A stretch of DNA of 64,000 bases from Gammaproteobacteria bacterium. Its GTDB lineage: Bacteria > Pseudomonadota > Gammaproteobacteria > HTCC5015. The position numbers and the translations under genes were made by a program. This document shows, one piece after another, positions 11,521 to 20,857 of the stretch. A model generated the notes under the pieces. It saw only the letters and a list, made by a program, of their open reading frames with translations, did no database searches and was not told where the DNA came from. Each line of letters starts with the position of its first letter. Position 1 is the first letter of the stretch. The stretch covers positions 373,788-437,787 of the forward strand of contig BPKE01000001.1 of assembly GCA_026004975.1 (NCBI GenBank), in the 5' to 3' direction.

Positions 11521-12816
11521 TCAGCGCGCCGGGCGGTTTAAAGGGCCCCAGGCCGGTTCCCGGACCTGGCCCTCGCGCACGGCCAGGCGCTGACGCGCCC
11601 CGCCGTGCAGCGCCGCGGCGGCGAGCACGCCCCGCCCCTCGGCCTGGGTGGCGTATAAGACCATCGCCCCGTTCGGCGCGAAACTCGGCGACTCGTCCAG
11701 GCGGCCGTCGGTCAGGCGGCGCATCGTGCCGCTGGCGAGATCCAGCGCGGCGATCCGGAACGCCCCGCCCTCGCCGTGCACGAACACCAGGGTCCGGCCG
11801 TCCGGCGACACGTCGGGGCTGGCGTTGTATGTCCCCTCGAAGGTCAGGCGCCGCACCCGCCGGTCGGCCAGGTCGAGACGGTAAACCTGCGCGCCGCCGG
11901 CACGTCCCGAAGCGAACGCCAGGCTGCGGCCGTCCGGGAACCAGCTCGGCTCGGTGTCGATCGCCGAATCGCGGGTCAGGCGCTCGCTGCGCCCCGTGTC
12001 CAGGTCGAGCAGGTACAGTTCGGAATTGCCCTCGTGGGACGCGGCGTAGGCGAGCCGGCGGCCGTCGGGCGCAAAAGCCGGCGCGCCGTTGATGCCTTCG
12101 TGGGCGGCGATCCGCTCCCGGCGCCCCTCGTAGATCCACTGCAGGTAGATCTCGGAGCGGTCGTTCTCGAACGACACGTAGGCCAACCGGCGGCCGTCGG
12201 GCGCGAAGGCCGGCGACAAGATCGGCCGCTTGGAGCGCAGCAGAATGCGCGGATCAGCGCCGTCGGCGTCGGCCACCTCCAGCCGCCATTCGCGGTCGCG
12301 GCCCTCGCCGACGACGACGATGTAGGCGATGCGGGTGCTGAAGGCACCCGGCTCGCCGGTCAGCGCCTCGTAGATCACGTCGGCGGCGGCGTGCGCCAGG
12401 GCGCGCCAGCGCCCCTCCGGCACCTCCAGCCGCTGGCCGGCCAGTTGGCGGCCGGTGTAGACGTCGAACACCTGCACGCCCAGGGCGCTGCGACCCGCGG
12501 CGGCGGGCAGGAAGCGGCCGATCACCAGGTGGCCGGCCTCGCCCCCTCGCCACAGCTCGAAACGGATGTCGGCGGCGCGCTGCGGCCGTTGCGGCAGTGC
12601 GGCTTCGTCCACCACCCGAAAGCGGCCGGTGCGCTCCAGGTCGGCGACGACGATGCGCCGCACCTCCGGATCGCCGGCGGCGCCGGCTTCGACCCCGAAC
12701 GGCACCACCGCGAGCGGCGTCGCGCCGCTGCCGGTGCCGGTCACGACGATGTGCAACTGCGCCTGGGCGGCGCCGGCGAACAGGAACAAAACGCTGTACA
12801 GGGCGCGTCGACTCAT
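11521..12816 (-). CDS. tolB: Tol-Pal system beta-propeller protein TolB
   Basis: ATG at 12816 (MSRRALYSVLFLFAGAAQA signal peptide) overlaps the tolA stop as ATGA. Repeated PxFAPDGRRLAY propeller blades. Confidence 0.95.
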   Translation of the reverse strand: MSRRALYSVLFLFAGAAQAQLHIVVTGTGSGATPLAVVPFGVEAGAAGDPEVRRIVVADLERTGRFRVVDEAALPQRPQRAADIRFELWRGGEAGHLVIGRFLPAAAGRSALGVQVFDVYTGRQLAGQRLEVPEGRWRALAHAAADVIYEALTGEPGAFSTRIAYIVVVGEGRDREWRLEVADADGADPRILLRSKRPILSPAFAPDGRRLAYVSFENDRSEIYLQWIYEGRRERIAAHEGINGAPAFAPDGRRLAYAASHEGNSELYLLDLDTGRSERLTRDSAIDTEPSWFPDGRSLAFASGRAGGAQVYRLDLADRRVRRLTFEGTYNASPDVSPDGRTLVFVHGEGGAFRIAALDLASGTMRRLTDGRLDESPSFAPNGAMVLYATQAEGRGVLAAAALHGGARQRLAVREGQVREPAWGPLNRPAR

Positions 12817-13725
12817 GGGGCTGGCACCGTGAAAGTGAACAACAAGCGGCGTTCGAACAAGGCGGGATCCGGCGGCGCCGGCAGCGGCGAGGCGCGCCAT
12901 ACCGCCTGTTCCACCGACTGGCGGAACTGGGCGTCACCGTCGCAGGCCAGGATGCGCACCGCGACCACGTCCCCGCCCGGAATCTGCTCGACTTCGACCT
13001 CGCATCGCTGGCCGGTGCGCGCCGACGGCGGGCGGACCCAGGTCCGATCGACGCGGTCCTTGATCGCCGCCTGGTACCAGGCCAGGGCATCGGCGCGGCG
13101 CGCCGCCCGGGCGCGCTCGGCCGCTTCGGCCTCGGCACGCTGCAAGGCCTCCCATTCTGCACGTTCGGCGGCTTCGCGCAAACGCCGCTCTTCGGCCAGA
13201 CGCGCCTCCTCGGCGGCGCGCCGCCGTTCCGCCTCCCGCCTGGCCTTTTCCCGCTCGGCCTTTTCCCGCTCGGCCTTTTCCCGCTCGGCCTTTTCCCGCT
13301 CGGCCTTCTCCCGCTCGGCCTTCTCCCGCTCGGCCTTCTCCCGCTCGGCCTTCTCCCGCTCGGCCTTCTCCCGCTCGGCCTTCTCCCGCTCGGCCTTCTC
13401 CCGCTCGGCCTTCTCCCGCTCGGCCTTTTCCCGTTCGGCCTTTTCCTCGTTCGGCCTTTTCTCGTTCGGCCTTTTCTCGTTCGGCCTTTTCCCGCTCGGC
13501 CTTTTCCCGCTCGGCCTTTTCCCGCTCGGCCTTTTCCCGTTCGGCCTTCTCCCGTTCGAGCTTCGCGGTGGCGTCCGGGTCGGGCACGAGCGCGACGGGC
13601 AGACTGTGGTCGCCGGGCGGCGGCGGGCGCTCGCGCCACAGCACGGCCACCGCCAGGCCGAACAGCAGCACGGCGTGCAAGCCGATCGAGGCCGCCCACG
13701 GCCCCCAGCCACGCGGTGATTTCAT
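12813..13725 (-). pseudogene. tolA: Tol-Pal protein TolA; reading frame broken once inside its repeat region, as sequenced
   Basis: The TM anchor [30 protein letters not shown] plus (EKAER)n lies in the frame of ORF 12934..13725. The rest of (EKAER)n and the TolA C-terminal domain (...EVEVEQIPGGDVVAVRILACDGDAQFRQSVEQAVWRASPLP) lie in the frame of ORF 12813..13712. The span is 913 nt (3n+1). ATGA overlaps with the tolR stop and the tolB start. Confidence 0.85.
13242..13557 (-). repeat. about 21 tandem 15-bp units (GGCCTT[T/C]TCCCG[C/T]TC on the + strand) encoding the (EKAER)n helical domain of TolA
   Basis: Read directly. The units are head-to-tail with no spacers, and runs of 4 and 8 are identical. 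One unit (13437-13452) is 16 bp. Confidence 0.95.
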
Positions 13726-14135
13726 CGTGCCTCGTCGGGGCGGCTGACCAGACCGAGCCGGCGGGCGCCCGCGCCCTGGAGGATTTCGATCACGGCGACG
13801 ACGCGCTGGTAGGGCAGATTGCGGTCGCCGTGCAGCAGGACCGGACGGTCGGGCTCGGCGGCGAGGGCGGCGGCGACGCGGGCCCGCAACGCGGTCTCGT
13901 CGAGCCGCTCGCGGCCGAGCCCGGCGTCGAGGTAGAGCCGCCCGGCGGCGTCGATGCTGACCCGCAGCGGTGCCGTTTCCGCCGGCAGCGCACCGCCGTC
14001 GGCGGCCGGCAATTCCAGCGCCAAGCCTTCTTCGAGCAGGGGCGCGGTCACCATGAAAATGATCAGCAGGACGAGCATCACGTCGATGTATGGCACGACG
14101 TTGATCTGGGCCATGGGGCGCAGGCGGCGGGACAT
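13722..14135 (-). CDS. tolR: Tol-Pal system protein TolR (ExbD/TolR family)
   Basis: 137 aa, [32 protein letters not shown]. Sits between tolQ and tolA. Confidence 0.93.
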   Translation of the reverse strand: MSRRLRPMAQINVVPYIDVMLVLLIIFMVTAPLLEEGLALELPAADGGALPAETAPLRVSIDAAGRLYLDAGLGRERLDETALRARVAAALAAEPDRPVLLHGDRNLPYQRVVAVIEILQGAGARRLGLVSRPDEAR

Positions 14136-14137
14136 GG

Positions 14138-14821
14138 TCAGGCGCGCTCCCGGGCGAAGACCTGGCGGTGCACCAGGGTGTAGAACTCTTCGGCGAAAGT
14201 CTCGTAACGCCCCGCCAGGCGCTCGACTTGTTCGGCGAAGCGGTTGTAGGCGATGACCGCCGGGATGGCGGCGAACAGGCCGCCGGCGGTGGCGACCAGC
14301 GCCTCGGAGATCGCCGGCGCCACGGTGGCCAGCGTCGCCTGCTGCAGGCGCCCGAGCCCCTGGAAGGCGTGCATGATGCCCCAGACGGTGCCGAGCAGAC
14401 CCACGTAGGGGCTGGTGGAGCCGACCGTGGCGAGAAAATTGAGCCGCGTCTCGAGCCGGTCGCGCTCGCGCATCAGCCCGACGCGCATGGCGCGCTGCAC
14501 GCCCTCGGCGATGCGCTCGGCCGGCGCCTGCTTGCGCACCAGCCGCAGGTACTCGTTGTAGGCCGCCTCGAACAGGCGCTCCATGCCGCCGCGCGCGCCG
14601 CCGCGGGCGCGCAGCGCCTCGTAGAGCTCGTTGAGCGCGCCGCCGGACCAGAAGGCCGCCTCGAAGGCGTCGGCGGCGCGGCGCGCGCCCGACAACTCGC
14701 GCGCCTTGCCGAAGATGAAGGCCCAACTGGCCACCGAGGCGGCGAGCAGCGCGAGCATCACCAGCTGAACGACCAGGCTGGCTTGGCTGAACAGCGCCCA
14801 CAGGGAGGGTTCATTCGGCAT
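14138..14821 (-). CDS. tolQ: Tol-Pal system protein TolQ (MotA/TolQ/ExbB family)
   Basis: 227 aa. Motif GSTSPYVGLLGTVWGIMHAF. ATG at 14821. Confidence 0.95.
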   Translation of the reverse strand: MPNEPSLWALFSQASLVVQLVMLALLAASVASWAFIFGKARELSGARRAADAFEAAFWSGGALNELYEALRARGGARGGMERLFEAAYNEYLRLVRKQAPAERIAEGVQRAMRVGLMRERDRLETRLNFLATVGSTSPYVGLLGTVWGIMHAFQGLGRLQQATLATVAPAISEALVATAGGLFAAIPAVIAYNRFAEQVERLAGRYETFAEEFYTLVHRQVFARERA

Positions 14822-15221
14822 GGTGCAGGCACTCGCGGACGGCGTCGGGGATGCGCACGGGACGGAAGCGCGCGGCGTCCAAACAGGCGACTTGGACCCG
14901 CGCCCGGCACAGCGGGTTCTCGCTGCCGCTGCGGCGCACGGCCTGTTCGAAATCGAGGCCGACGCGGCCGACTTCGACCACCACCGCGTCGACCTCGAGG
15001 GCGTCACCGAGGCGCGCCGGGGCGCGGTATTCGACCTCGAGGCGGGCGACGACGAAGACCACCCCGTAGCGCTCGGCCAGTTGCGGCGGGGCGAGTTCGT
15101 GGGCCTGCAGCAGGTCGCTGCGGGCGTGTTCCATGTAGCGCAGGTAGTGGGTGTGGTACATGACGCCGGCGGCGTCGGTGTCGTCGTAGTAGACGCGGCG
15201 CGCGATGGTGATGCGGCGCAT
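14811..15221 (-). CDS. ybgC: Tol-Pal associated acyl-CoA thioesterase (4HBT hotdog fold)
   Basis: 136 aa, RVYYDDTDAAGVMYHTHYLRYME. Located between ruvB and tolQ. Confidence 0.88.
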   Translation of the reverse strand: MRRITIARRVYYDDTDAAGVMYHTHYLRYMEHARSDLLQAHELAPPQLAERYGVVFVVARLEVEYRAPARLGDALEVDAVVVEVGRVGLDFEQAVRRSGSENPLCRARVQVACLDAARFRPVRIPDAVRECLHHAE

Positions 15222-15228
15222 GGGGGCC

Positions 15229-16278
<1,050 letters not shown>

Positions 16279-16288
16279 CGTCGCGCGC

Positions 16289-16879
16289 TCATTTCAGGGC
16301 CTGCTTGAGCGCCAGGCGGATGAGGGTTTCGACGTCGCCCCCCTGCGCAGCGGGCACGGCCGCGACCAGGCGCTCGGCCTCGGCGGGACGGTAGCCCAGG
16401 GCCACCAGCGCCTCGACGGCTTGCTCGGCCGGCGCGGCGGGACCGGGTGCGGTGACGGCGGCGGCCGGCGCGCCGGCCTCGCCGAGGCGGTCGCGCAGTT
16501 CGACGACGATGCGCTCGGCGGTCTTGCGGCCGATGCCCGGCACCCGGGTCAGGGCCCGGTGGTCGCCCTCGTGGATGGCGTTCACGAAACGCTCGGGATC
16601 CATGCCGGACAGGATGGCGAGCGCCATGCGCACGCCGATGCCGTTGACGCGGATCAAGGTGCGGAACAGCTCGCGCTCGGTTTCGCTGGCGAAACCGAAC
16701 AGGGCGATGGCGTCCTCGCGGACGTGGGTGTGGACCAGCAGGGTCACGGCCGCACCGGCCTCGGGCAGGACGTAGAAGGTGGACATCGGCGCTTCGAGCT
16801 CGTAGCCGACCCCGGCCACGTCCAGCAACAGACGCGGCGGGCGCTTGCTCACCAGGGTGCCGCTCAACCGCCCGATCAT
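16289..16879 (-). CDS. ruvA: Holliday junction DNA helicase subunit RuvA
   Basis: [31 protein letters not shown]; HhH motif [12 protein letters not shown]. Confidence 0.95.
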   Translation of the reverse strand: MIGRLSGTLVSKRPPRLLLDVAGVGYELEAPMSTFYVLPEAGAAVTLLVHTHVREDAIALFGFASETERELFRTLIRVNGIGVRMALAILSGMDPERFVNAIHEGDHRALTRVPGIGRKTAERIVVELRDRLGEAGAPAAAVTAPGPAAPAEQAVEALVALGYRPAEAERLVAAVPAAQGGDVETLIRLALKQALK

Positions 16880-17418
16880 CCCCGCCCCTCGCCCGGAAGC
16901 ACACGCCAGCGGCCGGCCCGGCGACGCCGGACCGGAGCGGGGCCATTATAGCCGCCCGCGCGGTGGTGACTGTGACACAGCGCCAAGGCCAGGGCATCGG
17001 CGGCGTCCGGCGGCGGCGTCTCGGGCAAGGCGAGCAGCACGCGCACCATGTGTTGTACCTGGGCCTTGGCGGCGGCGCCGCGGCCGACCACGGCCAGCTT
17101 GACCTGCCGCGCGGCGTATTCGTGCACCTCGAGACCGCCGGCCATGCAGGCGGCCAGCACCACGCCGCGGGCCTGGCCGAGCTTGAGGGCGGAAGCCGGG
17201 TTGCGGGCGACGAAGACCTCCTCGACGGCGGCCGCCGCGGGGCGATGGGTCTCGATCAGCGCGGACAGGGTGTCCAGCAGGCGGCCGAGACGCCCGGCCA
17301 ACTCGGCGCCGCCCAGTTCGATCACGCCCCAAGCGACGGCACGGCTGCGGCGGCCGTCGCTGTCGATGAGGCCGTAACCGGTCCTCACCGAGCCCGGATC
17401 GATGCCCAGAATGCGCAG
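16876..17418 (-). CDS. ruvC: crossover junction endodeoxyribonuclease RuvC (start codon unresolved)
   Basis: Conserved (L)RILGIDPGSVRTGYGLID... through the C-terminus. The stop overlaps the ruvA ATG (ATGA). There is no in-frame ATG, GTG or TTG between the yebC stop and the conserved N-terminus. I place the start at the CTG at 17418. Confidence 0.8.
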   Translation of the reverse strand: MRILGIDPGSVRTGYGLIDSDGRRSRAVAWGVIELGGAELAGRLGRLLDTLSALIETHRPAAAAVEEVFVARNPASALKLGQARGVVLAACMAGGLEVHEYAARQVKLAVVGRGAAAKAQVQHMVRVLLALPETPPPDAADALALALCHSHHRAGGYNGPAPVRRRRAGRWRVLPGEGRG

Positions 17419-17450
17419 GCCGCTGTCGACGGGACGTCCTCCCGGCGGGC

Positions 17451-18197
17451 TCAGTTCAGCGACGCCATGATCTCGTCGGAAATGTCGGCATTGGAGTAGA
17501 CCTGCTGGACGTCGTCCAGCTCCTCCAAGGCCTCGATGAGCTTGAGCAGCTTCTCGGCGGTGTCGCGGTCGACGGGCACGTCGGTCATGGCGCGCATGGT
17601 GAGCTCGGCGTAATCGGGCTGGAGGCCGGCGGCGAGCAGCGCGTCCTTGACCGTGGAAAAGGACTCCGGCGAGGTGAGCACGTCGCAAGAGCCGTCCGGG
17701 TGGCTGACCACGTCGTCGGCACCGGCTTCCAGCGCCGCCTCCAGGACGCGCTCTTCGCCGATTTCGGCCGAAAAACCGATGACGCCGCGCTTCTCGAACA
17801 GGTAGGCCACCGAACCGTCAGTGCCGAGGTTGCCGCCGTGCTTGGTGAAGGCGTGACGCACTTCGGCCACGGTGCGGTTGCGGTTGTCGGTGAGGCAATC
17901 GACCATCACCGCCACGCCGCCCGGGCCGTAGCCCTCGTAACGCACTTCTTCGTACTGGCTGCCGTCCTGTTCGCCGCCGCCGCGCTTGATGGCGCGTTCG
18001 ATGGTGTCCTTGGGCATGTTGGCGTCGAGCGCCTTGTCGATCGCCAGCCGCAGGCGGGGGTTGGCGGCCGGGTCGGCCCCGCCCATGCGCGCGGCGACGG
18101 TGATCTCACGGATCAGGCGGGTGAACAGCTTGCCGCGCTTGGCGTCCTGGGCCTTTTTGCGGTGCTGGATGTTCGCCCATTTGCTGTGACCGGCCAT
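17451..18197 (-). CDS. yebC: YebC/PmpR-family DNA-binding transcriptional regulator
   Basis: [32 protein letters not shown]. 248 aa. Confidence 0.95.
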   Translation of the reverse strand: MAGHSKWANIQHRKKAQDAKRGKLFTRLIREITVAARMGGADPAANPRLRLAIDKALDANMPKDTIERAIKRGGGEQDGSQYEEVRYEGYGPGGVAVMVDCLTDNRNRTVAEVRHAFTKHGGNLGTDGSVAYLFEKRGVIGFSAEIGEERVLEAALEAGADDVVSHPDGSCDVLTSPESFSTVKDALLAAGLQPDYAELTMRAMTDVPVDRDTAEKLLKLIEALEELDDVQQVYSNADISDEIMASLN

Positions 18198-18292
18198 CGT
18201 TCGCTGACACTCCGCTCGACGCTGTCGGGGCGCGCAAGTTTACCACCGCCGCGGGGCGCCTCGAAACGCCCCGCGCCGGCGCGCCCCAGCGC

Positions 18293-19387
18293 TCAGGCGG
18301 ACACCTCGAGCATGCGCTCGAGGGCGAGGCGGGCGAGCGCGGCGGTTTCTTCGGGCACGCGGATGGCGTTCACCACGCGATCCTCGACCAGGTTCTCCAG
18401 CACCCAGGCCAGGTGCTGCGGGTCGGTGCGGAACATGGTCGAACACATGCAGACGGTCGGCGCCATGAAATGCACCGGGCGGTCGGGGAAACGCCGCGCC
18501 AGCCGGTTGACGAGGTTCAGCTCGGTGCCGACCAGCCAACGCGTGCCGGGCGCGGAGGCGGCGATGGTCTTGACGATGTACTCGGTCGAGCCGACGTGAT
18601 CGGCCTTGCGGCACACCTCGAAGCTGCACTCGGGATGGGCGATCACCCGGGTGTCGGGGTGCTGGGCCTTGAAGCGGTCGATGTGCTCGGGCCGGAACAT
18701 CTGGTGCACCGAGCAATGGCCCTTCCAGAGGATCAGGCGCGCCCGCTCGACCGCCTCGCGGCTCAGCCCGCCTTGGGGCTGGAAGGGATCCCAAACCACC
18801 ATGTCCTCCAGCGGCACGCCCATGTCGTAGGCGGTGTTCCGCCCCAGGTGCTGGTCCGGGAAGAACAGCACCTTCTCGCGCCGCGCCCAGGCCCACTCGA
18901 GCACCGCGCGGGCGTTGCTGGAGGTGCAGACGATCCCGCCGTGGCGGGCGCAGAACGCCTTGAGGTCCGCGGCGGAATTGATGTAGGTGACGGGCGTGAC
19001 GCGCGCCTCGACGTCGATCAGCGCCGCCAATTGATCCCAGGCGCGTTGCACGTTGACGCGGTCGGCCATGTCCGCCATCGAGCAACCCGCGGCCAGATCC
19101 GGCAGGATGCTCACCTGGTCCGGCCGCGACAGGATGTCGGCGACCTCGGCCATGAAATGCACGCCGCAGAACACGATGTAGCGCGCGCCGGAGCGGGCCG
19201 CCTGCTGCGACAATTTGAGCGAATCACCGGTGACGTCGGCGTGCCGGAAGACCTCGTCGCGCTGGTAGTGGTGACCGAGGATCAACACGCGGTCACCGAG
19301 CCGGGCCTTGGCGCGCTCGATGCGGATCTGGCATTCTTCGTCGTCGAGCAGCGCGTACTGCTCGATGGGAACGGCCACTGCGCTCAT
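18293..19387 (-). CDS. nadA: quinolinate synthase
   Basis: ATG at 19387 (MSAVAVPIEQY...). NadA-like three-fold repeat with conserved Cys residues (CSMADMA, CTSSNA, CMCSTM). Confidence 0.9.
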   Translation of the reverse strand: MSAVAVPIEQYALLDDEECQIRIERAKARLGDRVLILGHHYQRDEVFRHADVTGDSLKLSQQAARSGARYIVFCGVHFMAEVADILSRPDQVSILPDLAAGCSMADMADRVNVQRAWDQLAALIDVEARVTPVTYINSAADLKAFCARHGGIVCTSSNARAVLEWAWARREKVLFFPDQHLGRNTAYDMGVPLEDMVVWDPFQPQGGLSREAVERARLILWKGHCSVHQMFRPEHIDRFKAQHPDTRVIAHPECSFEVCRKADHVGSTEYIVKTIAASAPGTRWLVGTELNLVNRLARRFPDRPVHFMAPTVCMCSTMFRTDPQHLAWVLENLVEDRVVNAIRVPEETAALARLALERMLEVSA

Positions 19388-19489
19388 CGTCGGATGCACT
19401 CCTCGAGGAAGTCCGCGATACACTCCCCGGCGCGGGGCCGCCGATTATAGCGCAGCCCCGCGCAAAAACCGAGAAAAACACTCGGGATT

Positions 19490-20284
19490 ATGGCCGCCGC
19501 CGACCGCCCCACCGACACCGCCCCGGCCGCCCTGCGGGTGCTCACCTACAACATCCACAAGGGCTTCAGCGGCTTCGACGGCCGCTTCGTCCTGCACGCC
19601 ATCCGCGAGGCGCTGCGCGGCGTCGGGCCCGACCTGGTGTTCCTGCAGGAAATCCACGGTGAGCACGCCGGCCACCGCCGCCGGCTGCGCGACTGGCCGG
19701 AGGAAAGCCAGTTCGAGTTCCTCGCCGACCGACTGTGGCCGCACTACGCCTACGGCAAGAACGCCATCTACCAGGCCGGCCACCACGGCAACGCCATCCT
19801 CAGCCGCTACCCGTTCCGCGCCTGGGAGAACTTCAATCTCTCGGCCCTGCGCCACGCCAGCCGCAGCGTGCTGCACGGCGTGGTCGGCACCCCGGGCGGG
19901 GTGCTGCACGTGATGTGCGTGCACCTGGACGTGCTCGGTCCCGAGCGCCGCCGCCAGCTCGGCGTGCTCGCCGAGCTGATCAGCACCCGCATCGGCCCCG
20001 ACGAGCCGCTGATCGTCGCCGGCGACTTCAACGACTGGCGGGGGCGCGGCCACCGGCTGCTGACGCACGAACTGGGCCTGCGCGAGGCCTTCGGCGAGCG
20101 GCAGGGGCGCTGCGCGCGGACCTTCCCGGCCTGGCTGCCGCTGCTTCGCCTGGACCGGATCTACTACCGCGGCCTGGAGGCGATCGACAGCCGTCGCCTG
20201 GACGAACGCCACTGGCGCCGCCTGTCGGACCACGCCCCGCTGCTCGCCACCTTCGTGCCCCAAGCGGCGGCGCCGGGTCGATGA
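19490..20284 (+). CDS. endonuclease/exonuclease/phosphatase (EEP) family protein, YbhP-like
   Basis: LRVLTYNIHKG...LVFLQEI...GNAILSRYP...AGDFNDW...SDHAPL are EEP catalytic motifs. Confidence 0.85.
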   Translation: MAAADRPTDTAPAALRVLTYNIHKGFSGFDGRFVLHAIREALRGVGPDLVFLQEIHGEHAGHRRRLRDWPEESQFEFLADRLWPHYAYGKNAIYQAGHHGNAILSRYPFRAWENFNLSALRHASRSVLHGVVGTPGGVLHVMCVHLDVLGPERRRQLGVLAELISTRIGPDEPLIVAGDFNDWRGRGHRLLTHELGLREAFGERQGRCARTFPAWLPLLRLDRIYYRGLEAIDSRRLDERHWRRLSDHAPLLATFVPQAAAPGR

Positions 20285-20844
20285 CGGCCGCCGACCGCCT
20301 GACGCTGTTCCGCCTGGTCGCCGCCCTGCTGCTGCCGGCGGTGGCGGCGCTGGCCGGCCGCGGGGCGTTCTTGGCGCTGCTGGTCCTGGCGCTGGCGAGC
20401 GACGCCCTCGACGGTCCCCTCGCCCGCCGCCTCGGCCAGGCCTCGCCGCGCGGCGCCCGGCTCGATTCGCTGGCCGACCTGGCCCTGTACGGCGCGGTGC
20501 TGCTGTGCGTGCCGGTGCTGTGGCCGGAGGTCGCCGCGGCCGAGGCGCCGTGGCTGTGGACGCTGGCGGCCTGCCTGCTCGTCCCGCAGGCGGCGGCCTG
20601 GCTGAAATTCCGCACCCTGCCCTGCTACCACACCTACCTGGCCAAGGCCGCCGCCGCGGCCGTGAGCCTGACCGGCCTGTGGCGCCTGCTGGGCGGTCCG
20701 GCCTGGCCGCTGCATGCGGCCATCGCCCTGGCCGTCGTCGCCGCCGCCGAGCAACTGGCCCTCACGGCGCTGCTCGAGCGCCCGCAGGCGGACCTGCATT
20801 CGCTGTGGGCGGCGCTCGACCGGCGGCGGCGCAAGGGGGCCTGA
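20281..20844 (+). CDS. CDP-alcohol phosphatidyltransferase family membrane protein
   Basis: The ATG at 20281 overlaps the EEP stop (ATGA). Motif DALDGPLARRLGQASPRGARLDSLAD (D-x2-DG-x2-AR...D-x3-D). Several TM segments. Confidence 0.8.
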   Translation: MTAADRLTLFRLVAALLLPAVAALAGRGAFLALLVLALASDALDGPLARRLGQASPRGARLDSLADLALYGAVLLCVPVLWPEVAAAEAPWLWTLAACLLVPQAAAWLKFRTLPCYHTYLAKAAAAAVSLTGLWRLLGGPAWPLHAAIALAVVAAAEQLALTALLERPQADLHSLWAALDRRRRKGA

Positions 20845-20857
20845 GCCCCGCCGCGGT

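Noticed and set aside
13242-13557. The regular 15-bp repeat array could be a CRISPR or another non-coding array.
   Set aside because: There are no spacers and the period is a multiple of three. The array is entirely in frame within tolA and encodes EKAER pentapeptides.
18251-18274. The hairpin GCGGGGCG-cctcgaaa-CGCCCCGC downstream of nadA, and the hairpin CGGTTCG-ggcag-CGAACCG (1112-1130) downstream of rimI, could be terminators.
   Set aside because: The stems are short (7-8 bp), there is no U-tract on the relevant strand, and GC-rich palindromes are frequent in this DNA.
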